A DNA stretch of 17,474 nucleotides, taken from positions 1 to 17,474 of the forward strand of contig JANLSU010000002.1 of the NCBI GenBank assembly GCA_031362565.1, given 5' to 3'. The notes beneath the pieces were generated by a model. That model was given only the letters and a program-made list of their open reading frames with translations. It was not told where the DNA came from and made no database searches. Below, piece by piece: positions 16,560 through 17,474 of the stretch. The translations under genes were made by a program, and so were the position numbers. The stretch comes from a bacterium. GTDB lineage: Bacteria; Krumholzibacteriota; Krumholzibacteriia; G020349025. Positions within the stretch are counted from its first letter, which is position 1; each line of letters begins with the position of its first letter.

Positions 16560-17474
16560 ATGAGACTCTGGTTCCGACATCTGCCGCAGGCGATCGCCAC
16601 CGCGGGCGCAGTCTGCGTACTGCTCGCCTGCTCGGGTGTGGCGGTAGTGCGAGCGCAGGGGCCGGGTGGTCCCATTGGGCCCGATCCGACGCAGGTGCGG
16701 GCGGAACTCGAGCGCACCGACCAACTGCTGCAGCGCGCCCACGAGGTCGTCCAGGCCTCCGGCAATCCGCGCGCCGTCGAGCAGCTGCAATTCGCGCGGC
16801 AGTCGCAAGACGTGGCGTGGAATCAATTCAATCTGGCCCGCTATCGAATTGCGTTCGATGCCACGCTCCGCGCCCGCGACCAAGCGGAGCGCGCCATTCG
16901 CCTCGCCCAACAGCAAGGTGATCAGGAGCAGCACGCGCGGCGCGCCGTCGAAGACGCGAGCCGGGCCCTCGAGCGCACCCAGCAGTGTGCCGGCGATGCG
17001 CCGTCCGAGAATCAGCGCCGAATGTTGGAGCTCGCCCAGCAGCAAGTCGGACAGGCGCAGGAAGCGCTGCAGCAAATGCGCTGGGAGGTCGCCCTCGGCC
17101 TCGCGCAGCAAGTCTTGAACACCGTGCGCCTGGTCTGCAGCCAGCAGCCTTGCCCGCGCGTCGGTGAAATGCTGGACGACGTGCAGCGCCTGTACGACCG
17201 GGCCGCGCACGACGTGCCATCGGATGACGCGCGCACCCGCGACATTCTGGACCGCGCCCACGAACTCGTGGACCGCGGCCGCGAAGCCTTGCAACGCGGC
17301 GCCTGCGATGCGGCCTTCATGCAGGCGCGCCAAGCGCGCGACATGATTCTGCGGGCGCTCCGCAGTCACGAGGGTGAGCCCGACGCCGCGGCCGTGGATC
17401 GGGCCATCGACGCCACCGCGGCCTTCATCGAAACCGTCACGCAGCGCGTGCCGGCGGAAAGCGGCGCGGCGCGG
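16560..17474 (+). CDS. Secreted alpha-helical repeat protein, 3'-truncated (absent from ORF track)
   Basis: AGGAG RBS then ATG 16560: MRLWFRHLPQAIATAGAVCVLLACSGVAVVRAQGPGGPIGPDPTQVRAELERTDQLLQRAHEVVQ... The frame stays open to the window end with ~70-aa helical repeats. Confidence 0.85.
   Translation, partial: MRLWFRHLPQAIATAGAVCVLLACSGVAVVRAQGPGGPIGPDPTQVRAELERTDQLLQRAHEVVQASGNPRAVEQLQFARQSQDVAWNQFNLARYRIAFDATLRARDQAERAIRLAQQQGDQEQHARRAVEDASRALERTQQCAGDAPSENQRRMLELAQQQVGQAQEALQQMRWEVALGLAQQVLNTVRLVCSQQPCPRVGEMLDDVQRLYDRAAHDVPSDDARTRDILDRAHELVDRGREALQRGACDAAFMQARQARDMILRALRSHEGEPDAAAVDRAIDATAAFIETVTQRVPAESGAAR

Noticed and set aside
16515..17369. 284-aa minus-strand ORF
   Set aside because: Antisense shadow of the plus-strand gene at 16560, which has an RBS and a signal peptide.

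Overview
GC-rich bacterial chromosomal window with no mobile elements, CRISPR arrays, rRNA or tRNA recognised. The left half carries a 5'-truncated MBL-fold hydrolase, an OprO/P-like porin, a stand-alone cytochrome c resembling the N-terminus of cytochrome-c/FTR1 permeases, an RqcH/NFACT gene coupled to a NudF-like Nudix gene, and a large secreted CBM9 + alpha/beta-hydrolase whose catalytic Ser is replaced by Gly. The right half is a sigma54 signalling cluster: a small secreted protein, a 1498-aa pseudokinase/degenerate-NTPase/TPR/GAF/AAA+ enhancer-binding protein (bEBP), a divergent histidine kinase + NtrC-type regulator pair, and a 3'-truncated secreted helical-repeat protein missing from the ORF track. 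The best candidate for something new is the 'empty' 7860-8440 interval. On the minus strand it has a full sigma54 promoter layout: -24/-12 element, IHF-like site, and tandem GTYAA-N5-TTRAC boxes that recur at the bEBP's own promoter. This would drive a ~360-nt highly structured non-coding RNA with strand-specific G-U pairs, repeated motifs and anti-Shine-Dalgarno C-rich loops. All calls are by eye; no searches were run.
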